A DNA stretch of 64,000 bases, taken from the NCBI GenBank assembly GCA_031835245.2, contig JAVKOQ020000004.1, positions 62,001 through 126,000 of the forward strand, in the 5' to 3' direction. Of the stretch, positions 1 through 12,477 are shown in pieces (the first letter of the stretch is position 1; each line of letters starts with the position of its first letter). The translations under genes were made by a program, and so were the position numbers. A model generated the notes under the pieces. The model was not told the origin of the DNA and ran no database searches. It saw only the letters and a list, made by a program, of their open reading frames with translations. This DNA is from Balamuthia mandrillaris (lineage: Eukaryota).

Positions 1-376
1 CACCAGGCAGTGAAGAACTGCTCAGCATCGACAACCGAAAGCAAAGCGTTACACTGAAGAAAGAAAGGGAGCGAACTGCAAGCGAGGCGATACTCGGAAG
101 CCACTTCTTCCATGTACGCGCCTATGCTTCTCGTTCTTGGCATTCTGGTTTGTTTGTTTGTTCGTTTTTTTTTTTTTTTTTTTTTTTGCTTCTTGCTCTT
201 TGTCTTTACTTTCTGCTTCTTGTTCTGAGATAAACAACAACAACACAAAGGCAAGCACTATTGGGAGGTCCGCTTTGACTGGTTGAAATCTCAGACGTTT
301 GTCGGGGTGCTTCCAGCCTCTGCCTGCAACACCTACTCTGGCATTGTTGGCTATACCTCCAACCCTGGTACCAAAG

Positions 377-426
<50 letters not shown>

Positions 427-851
427 TTCGTTTTGTGGTGGGCCACTCACCAACCTTTGGTGCCCTTTCTTTTTGAATACCAAAGGATGGAGCATAACCC
501 CTTATACTGGTAAGATACAAGGCAACAGAGGACAAGATTCTACGCCCTCTCCACCTGGCTTTCGTTGTCTCGATGCGGGAGAGGTGCTTGGCATCTGTTT
601 GGACATTGACAATGGTTAGTTTTTTTTAAAAAAAAACGGTTGTTTTTCTTTCAGCCCTCTTACTATAGCAACAAAAACAAACGAATACAGGAAGACTGGA
701 CTATTGGAGGAATGGGGAGTACTTGACCGGTTTGCAGGCAGAGAGCATCAAACACAACGGGCCTTACCGTGCTGCGATCAGCCTCTTGAAAAAAGGAGAA
801 AAAGCAACGTTCCACTTCAACGCAAAAATGCCTGCCAGCATTCCTCAATGA
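1..851 (+). CDS. 3' part of a SPRY/B30.2-domain protein (spliced, 5' end outside window)
   Basis: Manual splicing gives ...GSHFFH/GKHYWEVRFD...TFVGV...GYTSNP/GWSI...GEVLGICLDIDN/GRLDYWRNGEYL...PYRAAISL...FHFNAKMPASIPQ* (TGA 849-851). GKHYWEV, G-x-x-LD and Y-x-x-NG are SPRY hallmarks. Confidence 0.8.
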
Positions 852-1084
852 AATGGAATGCATGAAGAGAAAACGGAAAAGAGCACAGAACAACTAGTAA
901 CTGACCTCGAGCTCCATCCCTTTCTTTTATTTTTGCAAGGCATGCATGTATGGAAATGGCTGATGGTAGTTGAGTGTCTCTCGTTTGAAGGAGACAGAAA
1001 GAGGAAAGAGTGAATGAGCGAATATACAAAAGTAAAAAAGGAACAAAGAATATGCAAACACAAAACAAATAAGTTCTTTCACTT

Positions 1085-2192
1085 TTATGACGGTCGATTG
1101 CTAAGAGCACGTGCAGCTCGCCGCCGTTCAGCTCTCTTTTTCCTTTTGGCCCTTCTCTTGGCAGTCGACGAAGCAGAAGAAGGCGAATTGGTGCTATTGG
1201 CTCGTTTGGGAGTGGAGGTGGGTGTGGTTGGGGTGGAGGAAGAAGCGGCGGGGGCGGTGGCCTCTGCTTCTGCCTGTTTCTGTTTTTGCCAGGTCAAGGT
1301 TGTGATGATGCGACGTGCCTTCTCCTCTGTTGCACGAACAAACGTAAGACAAAGCGAGAACATGTTGAACAGCAAAAAAACAAACACAACAAACCAACCT
1401 TCTTTAGCAATGTCATGATGCAAGCTGTTCACCTCCTCGACACACTCGGCCAGATCCGACTGAATCAGCCCTTTGAGCTGCTCTCTGTGTTGTTCCTCTT
1501 CTGCGTCCTTCTCCTCTTCCTCTTCCTCTTCCTCCTCCTCCTCCTCTGCTGCTGTCGGCTTGGACAATGCCAACGCGTCCCTGTACTTCTGTTGCACAGC
1601 CTCTGCTGTCGCCTGTCGTAGGAGCGCGGGCACCGTCTGTCTCTCCTGCTCCAGCTGCCGTCGCACGCGCGCGAGCTCCTCCTCCATTTGCCTGATCTGC
1701 TCCTCCAGCTCCGTTTGTTCTTCTTCCAACTCTTTTTTTTTTTTGGTTTTCATAAATAAATAAAAATAAAACATTAAAATAAAAAAATAAAAAAATAAAA
1801 AAATAAAAAAATAAAAATAAAAAAATAAAAATAAAAATAATAAAAATAAAAATAATAAATATAAAAATAAAAATAAAAAAATCCAAAAAAACAAATCAAA
1901 TCAAATAAAATAAAATCAAAAGAGAGAGAGATACGTTCAAGGACAAACCTTCGACGACTCGCTGCTCTGCCTCGGCATCAAAGCCATGGGCCTGCTTGCT
2001 CCGCCTCTCCTCCGCCTCTCGCCAGAGCTGCTGAAAGACCTGCCGCTTGACCTCCGCAACGGCCTTTTGCACCGTTTTGGGGGCGGCCTTGAAGTCCTCC
2101 CCCTTCTCCACCTCTTCCTCCCACAACGTCTCCAGACGCGACACCACGCGATCCCTGTGCGCCTCGCTGGCCACCTGTTCCACTTCCATCAT
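1085..2192 (-). CDS. Coiled-coil protein, possibly kinetochore Mis12-complex subunit Nsl1/Mis14-like (3 exons)
   Basis: MMEVEQ...HGFDAEAEQRVV/ELEEEQTELEEQIRQMEEELARVRRQLEQERQTVPALLRQ resembles the Mis14-domain pattern (FD...coiled coil...R-x-x-x-P). Basic C-tail. E2F-type site about 110 bp upstream. Family call is by eye only. Confidence 0.4.
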
Positions 2193-2300
2193 TCTCTTTT
2201 TCTTTTCTTTTCTTCTTTTTTTTTTTCCTTTTTTTGAAAACGTGGACCAATGTTGCACAAATGTAGGAAACTTGCTGCACGATTTTCCCGCTCTTTTTGT

Positions 2301-2314
2301 TTTTCCCGCCAAAA
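2301..2314. promoter_or_regulatory. E2F-type site TTTTCCCGCCAAAA (second partial TTTTCCCGC at 2283-2291)
   Basis: Matches the TTTSSCGC / TTCCCGCCAA E2F consensus. The same 12-mer occurs twice upstream of TOP2. Confidence 0.5.
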
Positions 2315-2515
2315 AAAAGCAACGAATTTTTTTTGATAACGGTTGCCCCCGTTCTCCTCTTCACTTATTCTCTGCTTTCTCTTCTTCTGCTTCTTGTTCT
2401 TGTTGTTGTTCTTCTTCTTCTTCTTCTTCTTCTGCTTCTCCTTCTCCTTCTCCTTCTTCTCTTCTTCCCACTCCTCCTCCTCTTCGTTTTCCTCTTCTTC
2501 AGTTCTATCTTCATC

Positions 2516-2595
2516 GTCCTGGCCGCCTACCCCACCGCTTCCTTTGGCAAGCTCTCCAACACGAGACACAGCAGTTCTTCTGCGAGATGCTCCAT
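2516..2595 (-). pseudogene. 5' stub of an F-box/GCPW-ankyrin gene with in-frame stop
   Basis: Reverse complement reads MEHLAEELLCLVLESLPKEAVG*AART, near-identical in DNA to 19557-19636 (MEGLPEELLCLVLESLPKEAVGVAART). It then runs into GAA-rich low-complexity sequence. Confidence 0.8.
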
Positions 2596-2762
2596 TTTTC
2601 GTTTCGTATTTGTTGTTTATCACCAACTATAGCACTAACCAATACAATCATATTTCTTATTTTCTTTTTATTATTTTTTTTTCAAAAAAAAAAACGTTTT
2701 ATGTGACAAACAAATAAAAATAAAAAAAATAGCACAACGGCTGAAACAAACAAAACGGAAAA

Positions 2763-2826
2763 TTAAAATCGCTCCAAACGATGCATGGTCTCCTCAAACG
2801 TTGGTCTGTTGTTATTGCAGTTAGCC

Positions 2827-2904
<78 letters not shown>

Positions 2905-3840
2905 AGCGAAGGAAAAATGTACCTTTTGTCTGGGTCTTCGGACCAACAATCAGCAATGAGTCGAGCCCAAGCATGTGGTGTGGTTTTTGGTATCTGTGGT
3001 CGTAGTCCTTGTGTACCCACTTATTTTCCAAAAAAAATCAGATTAAAACAAGAGTGGAGAGAGAAGAGAGCGAGAGCGAGGGAGCGAGAGAGTGAAAGAG
3101 GAGAGAGAAGGAATATATCATTCTCCATGAAATCAAAAGAATAAAAGGAAAGAAAAATAAAAACCTTGAAATACGATTTGGAAATGAGGCATGTTGCCAT
3201 AAGGGTTTTGCCGCGTAACGCACTCCCATAGCACGACACCAAAGCTGTACACGTCGCACTTTGTGGTATATTTTTCTCCTCTCAGTACTTCTGGTGCAGT
3301 CTGTAAGCGTTAATAGCAAAAAGTTAGAGTGATGAAACTCGTGTAAACTAAAAGCAAATAAAAAAAGTTAGAGCAAACCCAAGAAGGAGTTCCACATGCA
3401 GTCATTGCCTGTGTAACGCCGACATCTACTATCCGACTCAACCCAAAGTCTACAGAACAAAAAAAAAAATAAGTTAAAGGCGAAAAACAAAAAAGAATAA
3501 AATGGAGAAAAGAAGAAGAGGAGACAACGAGAAAAGAAAAATACCAGCGACTTTAGTTTGCCAACTCTCGGAAACAAGAAGGTTGTGTGACTTAAGATCC
3601 CTGTGAACTATCACAGGCTCCGAGTTGTGGAGATAAGTCATTCCTTTGCAAGCATCCAACATGATCTGTCGGAGCAAGTCCCATGAGAGCTCGAGCTCGT
3701 CGTTGTGTAGGATTTGGTAGAGACTTCCTCGACTCATGTACTCCATTACCATGCATACCTCTGGTTGTGTAAAGCTTGCGTAAAGTTGAACAATGTTCGG
3801 ATGACTTAAAGATCTGTAATAAGAGAAAGAAGCAATCTAT

Positions 3841-3885
<45 letters not shown>

Positions 3886-5379
3886 GGGAGGGAGGGAAGA
3901 GAAAATATAAAATAGAATAAGATAAACAACGAAAGGAAAGAAGAAAATACTTCATGATGTTGGTTTCCTCCACAAAGCTCTGCATAAAGTTAAAGCGTTC
4001 CTTGCTATTCTCCATCTCTCGCAAGTAATAAGGCAGCTTTTTGATGGCAACGACAGTACCCCGCCAAGTCCCTCTGTAGACCTCCCCGTAGCTGCCTTTG
4101 CCTATCCGTTCATCGATTTTTATTTCATCAAAGTCCATTTGCTTTGTTCTTGTCAACCGTTTTTTCCGTTCTGCAAAGAAGAGAAGGTGAGAAAGAGGGA
4201 TAAAAGGAGAGAGAGAGAGAGAGAGCAAAGAGAGGATAAAAGTGGATGAACACATCAGAACAGAATAAAAAACAATAAGAAAGAGGACTAAACAGAAAGA
4301 ATAACATAAAAATAGTTACTGTTTCGCAAAAGGGCTCTTTTCTCCTCTTTTGATCCAAAAATACCAGCCAGCAAACCTCCCGACTTCTTTCCTTCCTCCT
4401 CAGCCGCCGCAAACGGATAGTTGATGTGCAGCGCCTCCACCTCCCTCCGCAGCTGCCGATGGTTCCTCCATCGAGTTAAAGTGATGAGAGAGAATACACA
4501 AACGACGGACAGCAAACAAAAGGAGCCCACGCCGCCTAACAGGAGGATGGCCCAGAGAGGAATGTCGTCGACGCCGCCAGAGGAGCTGCCGGAAGTGCCG
4601 CTAGAGGTTACGACCGGAGAGGAGCGTGGCACACTGCCCACTATGACATGAGCAGCATGAAGACAGACGTAACCTTGGTCTACAGATAGTTGAAAGAGGT
4701 TCTATATTGGTTCGAATGAGAGAATGAGATAAAGAACAAGAACGAGGAAAGAGGAACAATGAGAACACAAAGCTCCAAAGAAAATAATAACGAAAAGGTC
4801 TTTAAATGTACCTCAGCGTCGCCATATTTCCAATCGTCAAAACCAGAAGAAAAGATGCTGCCAGTAATGTTGTAGGTCACCACGCAGTGGTCGCATTGGC
4901 CACAATAATCACAAAGGCCACATGCCTCCACGTTCTGAGTTTCTTGTTGAATAAAAAAACCCTTTGTTGTTTGTGTGTGGTCATTAGCATCCACAAAGAC
5001 AACATAAAAGAGAAGAAAAGCGAAAAAGAAGAGAAGCAGAAATAAAATGAGAATAAAGTGACAGTACATTCACAGCAACAGTGAAAATGGTTGGCTTGGG
5101 TTTGTTGCCACCTCCATCGAGGGGGTCGCTGCATTTGAACCTTCCCACCAAAGTTACATTGATCTGGACGACCAGCTCCGAGGCAGGAACCACCAACTTG
5201 AAGGGCTTCTTCCCTTCCATCCAGTCCCCAGCTGAACTGTTGGGTGCCCATGGAAACCGATCTACATACAGAAAAAGAAAAAGAAAAAGAAAAAGAAAAA
5301 GAAAAAGAAAAAGAAAAAGAAAAAGAAAAAGAAAAAGAAAAAGAAAAAGAAAAAGAAAAAGAAAAAGAAAAAGAAAAAG

Positions 5380-5414
<35 letters not shown>

Positions 5415-5874
5415 AACAAAAAGAATAAATATAATAATTCTAAAAACAAGTGATGAAGGGAAAGAGCAAACATACAAACAACAAAGAAACAGCATAACAG
5501 AAAGACAAACGACAAAAGACGAAGCTATAACGACAATGAAATGGGGAAAAAAAACAGACATAATTGACAACACAAAAGAGAGGTGGAGAGTGTTACGTAC
5601 TTTCGTTACAAGCAAAGGAGTGCACAAAGTATGAAGGAGGGGCCAAGGAGCAAGTGCAAGGGCTGGCGGTCCTCCCGCCTGACCACAAGAGGCTGATGTT
5701 TCTCTCCTTGTCGATCCGGACCGGCTCGCTGTAGGCTATAATGTTGTTTGAGGAGGAGGAGACGAAAGGGATGGCGGCGGTTGTGAGAACGACGTGGTTG
5801 CAGCATAACAGAAAGGGCAACAGGGAAAGCCACAACGATATGGCGGTGGTGGACCAAGCGAGAGGTCCTTTCAT
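2763..5874 (-). CDS. Single-pass receptor protein kinase, TKL group (multi-exon)
   Basis: Signal peptide MKGPLAWSTTAISLWLSLLPFLLCC, Cys-rich ectodomain, TM IPLWAILLLGGVGSFCLLSVVCVFSLI. Kinase motifs IGKGSYGEVY, VAIKKL, HRDLKSHNLL, ADFGLSR, GTPSW/TAPE, DVYSFGVVLWE, CWSEDPDK/RPTF. Confidence 0.92.
5271..5410. repeat. (GAAAAA)n hexamer plus (GA)n microsatellite in a kinase intron
   Basis: Directly visible tandem repeat. Confidence 0.95.
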
Positions 5875-6660
5875 TTCTCGCTCCGGCCCTGCCCTCTCTT
5901 CAGCCTTTCTTTCTTGCCCCGAAAGGGAGTTTGAGGAGGAAGCTTTTTTTTTTCTTTCGTGGCGATGCACCGCGTAGTGGTGGAAAAACGGAGGACAACA
6001 AAGTGGTGGGAAGGCTTTCCGTTCGAGTTCGCGTTCGTTAGCGCTCTCTTATTTCTTTCTCTTTCTTTTTGGCTTTGTTTATTATTCACTATATTTTTAA
6101 GTCCGGGAGAGGTGGAACGGTAGTGTCGATATGGACATAATATTTTGTCTATACGAATTAGCTTGATCTCAACAGACAATTTTAGCCCCTGTTCTTCCAA
6201 ACCATTGCAACGGCTTTAAATGCGGAACGAAAAGGTCAAAATTTGGTTTGTGGACGTCCAAGTGTTCGGTGGGGAACACAGCGCCACTTGTGGAGTCAGA
6301 CTTTTCCCGCGCACAAAGTGCAGCAAATACGTCGACATTATCTCGTCTAGCGCTCTCTTCTCTCTGCTCTCTCGCTCTCTCTCTGCTCTCTGCTCTCTCT
6401 CGTTCTGTTCGCTCTTCTCAACTCTCTGTCCTCTCTCTCTCTTTGCTTCATCGTTCCTTCTTCTCACGCACACATTTCTCTTACACCGCACGACTTGGCT
6501 CAACCTTCATCGTTGGTTGATGTGTTTTGTTTAAAAAAAAAGGATTGCAATAATAAATAAAAAAAACGAAACTAGAGGACGTAAGAGCTATCCACCCATC
6601 CACTATCGCAGTGTTGTTGCTGTTGTTCTTTTTGTTGTTGTTGTTGTTGGTAGACCAGCC

Positions 6661-6852
6661 TCAGACGTCAAAGCCTTCCGCCCGCAGACACTGCTTGTGC
6701 TTCTCGATCTCCGGCTTGCACTTCTCCTCTCCACGCACCACGATGCACTCGTCGCGGATCTTCTTGGTTTCTTTGCACACGCAGCACATTTTTTTCTTGG
6801 GCGCCTCCTGCGGCTGGGCTGTTGGTGGGGTTAACGTCGCGGCTGTGCTCAT
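6661..6852 (-). CDS. COX17: Cytochrome c oxidase copper chaperone Cox17
   Basis: 63 aa: KKMCCVCKETKKIRDEC...EEKCKPEIEKHKQCLRAEGFDV. CCxC copper site plus twin CX9C and the GF-x-V terminus. Confidence 0.96.
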   Translation of the reverse strand: MSTAATLTPPTAQPQEAPKKKMCCVCKETKKIRDECIVVRGEEKCKPEIEKHKQCLRAEGFDV

Positions 6853-7101
6853 CTTTCCCTACTGCCGCTACCTCGCTTCTTTTTTTTTTCGCTTTTTTTT
6901 TGCCCGATTTAAGGTATGTCGACGGTATTTGTATTAAGGCGCAATTCCGTTCGGATTTCTCGTAATCGAGATCTGGTACACTTCGTGTCGTCACGAATCT
7001 CAATACTTTTTTGTTCTCGGTTCGACCCCACTTCCCCGCAATGTGTTTTTTATTGTGCCCTTTTTTTTTGCTCAGAGGCTCTCAGGCGCGAAGAGATGCT
7101 T

Positions 7102-8545
7102 TTAAGTCATAATGGTGCCGCCTTGCCACCAGGCGAACCACCAGAATCCTCTGTACAATCTCGCCAGCTTCACAGACAAGCCTTCTTCCTCCTCTCGCTC
7201 TTGCTCTCCTTCTGCCCGCTTCTTCTGCTTCCTCTGCCTTCTCCTCATCAGCTCATCATCCTCGCCGCTCCAAACCTTCTTGGCACAGTCCCATGGGTCC
7301 TCATACGCCATCGGAGAGGCGATCAGACGTAAACGAATGGAGCGCAACGGCACCGCCCACAAGCCTTGCAAGGCGCAAACAGCAAAGCGGGTTCCTCGGA
7401 GCAAACCCTCAGAGAACCAAAAGTAGGGGGCATCGCTGGGTCCCCAAGGATCGGCCAAGGGCTGACCGGTCCATTGGTTGGCCTTGTCTTGCATGCTCTC
7501 ATAGATGACATCCAAGGCAGTGTTTTCGATCATATGCACCACGAATGCTTTCCACAGTCCATTTCCTTGGGAAATAATATTGAAGGCGAACATGAGCATA
7601 AGCGCAGATAAAGATGAGGAGAGAGGAGAGAGGAGAGAGAAGAGAGGAGAGAGAAGAGAGAAGAGAGAAGAGAGAAGAGAGAAGAGAGAAGAGAGAAGAG
7701 AGAAGAGAAGAGAGCGAGAGAGTGAAGAAGAAGAGGTGGAGATGTTACCAGGAAGAGGAATGGTGTTTCGGACGCCGTCCCAAAGTTTATGCCGAAGCTT
7801 GAAGGCTCCCACGAAGAAAGGAAACATTACAACGGAGCACGTCAAACGTCCGCACAAAACGGACAAAACCATTCCCAGTCTGTTCGGAGGCATGACGTTC
7901 ATAACTCGCGCTAAACGCAGGGTAAACGCAAATGTGAGAAGAGCGGAAAACGAGAGCAAAAGAGCGAGAGAAGCGAAAGAGAGGAAAGAGAGAAACACAG
8001 ATAGTAAAGATAATCAGGATAACGAAGAGAGGAGCAGAGACAAAAGAGAACACGGAAGCTAACTGACAAAAAAACGTACGAGTAAGAACAGCCAAAAAGC
8101 CGTTGCCCATGACGAGGCCAGTCAGTTCCAGCGCGTGGGAGCCCAACCAGCGCTTCTTCTGCTGGTACACGCTCAAAAACTCGTCCTTGAGGCTGGCATC
8201 AGCCACTCTAGTGCCCAGCACTTCCCTTTCGTAAATCATTTCCACAGGGGTGCCCACCAGGCAGGACTCCACAAAGGAACCCAACACCTTCACCAAGAGC
8301 GTGACGGGATCGGCGGTGTAGAGGTGATCAGGAGGAGCCGAGATCTCCTGTTCCGTTTGGAGTTGCTGTGCTGGTCGGTAGCCGCCCCATTGCGGAGGGG
8401 GGGTCACCCCAGGCGGAGGGGAGCCCGGATGCAGGGCAGACCCACCAGGAATGGAAGGAGGGGCTCGGGGAGGGTAGACCCCGCCCCCGCCGAAAGGCGA
8501 CCCCACGGTGGCCGAGGCATTTGCTCCTTGCTGTGGTTTGTGCAT
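7102..8545 (-). CDS. Degenerate mitochondrial carrier-fold protein (SLC25A46/Ugo1- or MTCH-like), 3 exons
   Basis: Three decayed PX[DE]XX[KR] signatures (TPVEMIYER, FPFFVGAFK, VPLRSIRLR). Carrier-type Y..PWDCAKKVW...LARLYRGF and GLWKA segments. Pro-rich N-terminal extension. Confidence 0.6.
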
Positions 8546-8889
8546 GGTACAGTTGTTGTTCGGCTTTGATTATTTGTCGACGAAGACATGAGGGGCAAAC
8601 CGAATTAATTTTTGTCGACGGTCATTTGAGGGGTTAAACGTTTGTTGTGGCGTACACGTCGACACGAAAGCAATTACAGGACAATTTTATTGTTATTATT
8701 GTTTTGGGGTCCACTTAGCGGATTGGTGGCCAAGGCAAAATCTCTCCTCGTGTGTTGCCTTTGACCGTAGTTATGCTGGTCAAAGTCCTGGATGATCGGG
8801 GAGCGGTTGAACGAATAACACGGTCAAACGATAACGTTACAGGCCTAATTTCTTTTTTATTAAACAAATAAAAGGAATCGGTAGATGGG

Positions 8890-10235
8890 TTATGGTTGTT
8901 CTTTTTTCTTGACCGGTTTTTTTTCCTGTTGCTCTTCTTCTTCTTCCTCTTCCTCTGCATCTGTCCCTTCCTCTTCCTCTTCCTCTTCCTCTTCCTCTTC
9001 CTCTTCTTTTTCTTCTTCTTCCCTCTGGGAAAAAGTTTCCTTGCTGCGTTTCGCGGAGGGCGAGTCTTCTTCCGATACTTTGTGTACCTTTCCTGTTGTT
9101 CCTCCTCCCAACGCTTGTAGCTTTTTCTCCTTTGCTCTGCGATTCTGAAACCACATCTGTGAAAGGAATAAAGTGCAATTAGCATTCGAACTCGTTTTTG
9201 CTTATCTTGAAGGAGACAGGAGTTGACACTCACCTGAACCTGTCTGGGTGTCATGCACATGTTCTTGGCCAGTTCCTCTCTCATTTGTCTGTTGGGAAAC
9301 TTTTCCTCCAGGAAGATGTCCTCCAATACCTTGAGCTCCTCAATGGTCTTGTGTCGCCTCTTCTTCTTCCTTTTGGCTGCTGGCTTGTCATCTCCGCCCA
9401 ACGAAGATAAAGGCGAAGAAGGCAGGTGAGGGTAAGGGTGTTGGTAGATGCCATGGCTATGTGAGTGATGAGGGTCGAAACCGGCCGCCGCAGCTGCCGC
9501 CGCAGCTGCCTCCACGACAGCAGCGGACAGAGAAGCAGAGGAGGCAGAAGAAGTAGAAACCGAAGCAGAAGAAGAAGTGAAATAAGGATGAGCGCTGGCA
9601 TAATAATGGCCACTTGAGGTCTGCTGAGGGAAGGCCCAAGATGCTGTTGCTCCTCCTAAATGGGAGGGCGAAGGGAGTTGGTAGAACGGCTGAAGCGATG
9701 TCGAGTCCGTGGAAAGATAAGCACCACCGCTGGTGCTGCTGCCTGCCGAAGAAGAAGACGAAGAGGCAGACGTGGGAGCTGGCAACAATGGAGATGGCAA
9801 ATAATATTCGTGATGAGAAGGAAGATGATAGTAACCGGGTGTAGTGGCGCTCAACTGTGTAAGAAACAAATAACTTTAGTTAGGAACTCACAGGTCAAAA
9901 AAGAAAAACAAACAAGGCATTACCGAAGTAGGATAAGCATAAGCATAGGAAGAGTAGCTCGTTCCAGGCGGCGCCAAAACGTAGTACGTTGGGGTCGGTG
10001 GAGGGAGGTGCGTTGTAATACCAGACCCACCCCCCGAGCAGCTGCCGGTTGTGGCTGCCATCAGCGATGGAAGCAGCTGTCCCTGCTGGTTGTTCTGGGA
10101 TGACGAGGGGGATGACCCAGACGTCAGGAACGGGAAAGAGGGCGTTTGTGGGGTTTTGGCCGGCTGAAAAGCCGAAGTGGGCGAGGGACGAAGCTGGGCC
10201 TCTGTTGAATTCTTGGAGGAGAAACCCGGCCACAT
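8890..10235 (-). CDS. Homeodomain transcription factor (non-TALE, Q50), 3 exons
   Basis: KRKKKRRHKTIEELKVLEDIFLEEKFPNRQMREELAKNMCMTPRQVQ/MWFQNRRAKEKK. Ser/Pro/Tyr-rich N-terminus and acidic C-tail. Start ATG is inferred. Confidence 0.92.
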
Positions 10236-11266
10236 AGCAGAAGAATAAACAAAAATTAAAAAAAAAATAATTGGATCACCTTCACACCCAAAAAAAAAAA
10301 AAAAAAAAAAGAAGAAGAATCCCAAAAAAAAAAAAAAACCTGTGCTTAAAGTTGGTTGTTGTGTGTTTAGACTTTTCTTTTTGACCAATACAAAAGGGAA
10401 ATAAAACAAAAAGACAATAACCGAAAAAAAAAAAAACAATGTGCGCGTGTCGTTCTACATCAAAGTGGAAAAATAAAATGAAAATTAAAAAAAAGGAAGC
10501 AAAACGGGGGTAGGTTTGCCTTGGAGCTATCGTCTGGCCACCGAAACAAAGGCCTAAATGAGGTGTGCATGCAATTTGGGGGCTGCCGTGGCCCAATGGG
10601 CCGTTTTTTCGGTTGTTTGCTAATGAAGCCCTCATTTCGGGTGCATTTCCGCTGACCCAATGGAAGGGTTTTATTACCGCGGAAATGAGACAATTTAGGG
10701 GCGGTCACCGGATAACGCTATCGAAAAGTGCGTCTACGTGGCGGTATCGGACCGCCGAAATAGCTGTTCTACGGTCGGTTATTAGCGTCATGTGCGGTGA
10801 GGACTAGGCTACTCGCCGATATTTTGCTCTTACGGAACGGCACACAAAAAACCAGATCCAGTCAATTCGAAGAAGGTAGTTTAGCTCGGGTGATCGCCTT
10901 GTTGTGTTCGTTGCGGCCCTACAAAGTATTAAAACTAGTTCTTTTGTGTTTCAACTTGTTGTGTTACGAGCAGTCATTTACCCGATGATTTTTGAGAAAT
11001 GAGACAGAAGCAGATCTGCGATGCTGAAGGGGTGAGGTTGCCCGACGAGAGCTACCAAACGCATTTTTCCACGCCGTATTCTTGTGTTACCTGCCGTGCG
11101 ATGATTGTTGTGCTTCCCCGCTGCCCTTTTGCTCCTCCTCAGAACCGAAACAGAACAAGGCCAGCAGATTTTGCGCTTCTGCGTTTCTTCTGCTCCTTCA
11201 ATTTTGATTTTGTATTGGCCGATGAACAAAGATCAACTTTGTGGATCGTATTAAAGAAAAAAAATT

Positions 11267-11308
11267 TTTTGGCGGGAAGAGAGAGCTGTGTGCACTTTCC
11301 CGCCAAAA
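11267..11308. promoter_or_regulatory. Inverted pair of E2F-type sites upstream of TOP2
   Basis: TTTTGGCGGGAA (11267-11278) and its exact reverse complement TTCCCGCCAAAA (11297-11308), about 300 bp upstream of the TOP2 ATG. Confidence 0.6.
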
Positions 11309-11609
11309 GTGTCCACAAGTTTCGCCTCTCCCCAAAAAAAAAAAAAAAACGCAGCTTGCCGTTGGTAGGCGAACAGAGTGAGTGCGAAGAGAGGAAGAGA
11401 GTCGCTCCTTGGGCTGGGTGGCGTTGCAAAAGAAAGAGAGAGAGAGAGAGAGAGAGGGGACGAGGAGGGGGAGAGAGAGAGAGAGAGAAAAACGTAAAAC
11501 ACGCCCGAAAGCAAAAGCAATTCGCACGCACCACAACAACAAACGGTCGAAAAAAAAAAAAGAGTAAAGAACAGGGCCAACAACACGCACACAAACAAAC
11601 CAAAAAAAA

Positions 11610-12442
11610 ATGTCGGACGAGTCTGATTTTGATTTCAGTGAGGTGGACGACGATTCTGGAGATGACTGGGGAGGAAGCCCTGCGCCCGTCAAAAAGGTAA
11701 GCCTGAGAGCCCTTCTATTCTTTTCTCTTTGTTTCGCTTCCTCCTCCCTCTCGATGATTTGGTTAGGTTTTCTCAACCCACTACCTTTTTTTTCTTTTTC
11801 TCGTTCAGCTGTTGTTGTTATTCTCTTTGTTTTGTAAACTTTCGTTTCTTCGTTGCTTTTGTTTGGGTCTTTGTGGTTTCTTTCTGGCTTTGATGCTCGT
11901 TGTTGCTTGTTACATTTCTCACCCCCGTTTGATCTAAAGGCTGCTGCAAAGCCAACTACTAAAGCCGTTGCAAAGACCACCGCTGCAGCTCCAACCAAGC
12001 GAAGAGCGCCTGCCAAGGCAAAGGCAACTTCCTCTGTTTCCGCCTCTGCTCTTGCCAAAAAGGCCAAAACGGCCACCGCCAACTACGATGCCTCTCGCCC
12101 CAGCCTCGCTCCTCCCGAATGCCCTCCTGAGGAAGACACCGAAGCATGGATGGCCTACCAACGCATGTCACCTCATGACCACATCCTCATTCGTCCTGAC
12201 ACCTACGTGGGCTCTGTGGAGAGAACGGAAGCCACGATGTGGGTCTATGATGATGGACAGGGCATGACCTTGCGTCCCATTTCCTATGTTCCTGGTCTCT
12301 ACAAGATCTTTGACGAGATCCTGGTGAACGCGGCGGACAACTACCAAAGAGACAAGAGCATGTCCGAGATAAGAGTTACCATCGACGCGGAGAAAAACAC
12401 CATCGAAGTTTGGAACGACGGTGAGGGTATGTAATGCAAACA

Positions 12443-12477
<35 letters not shown>

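Noticed and set aside
2047..2717. Several 110-220 aa ORFs between the coiled-coil gene and the kinase
   Set aside because: Low-complexity TTC/GAA repeats; the only real signal is the F-box stub.
10440..11260. Possible ncRNA or ORFs in the homeobox-TOP2 divergent region (hairpin GGCGGT-N5-ACCGCC near 10740)
   Set aside because: No recognisable RNA family or protein motif; compatible with promoter sequence containing CCAAT boxes.
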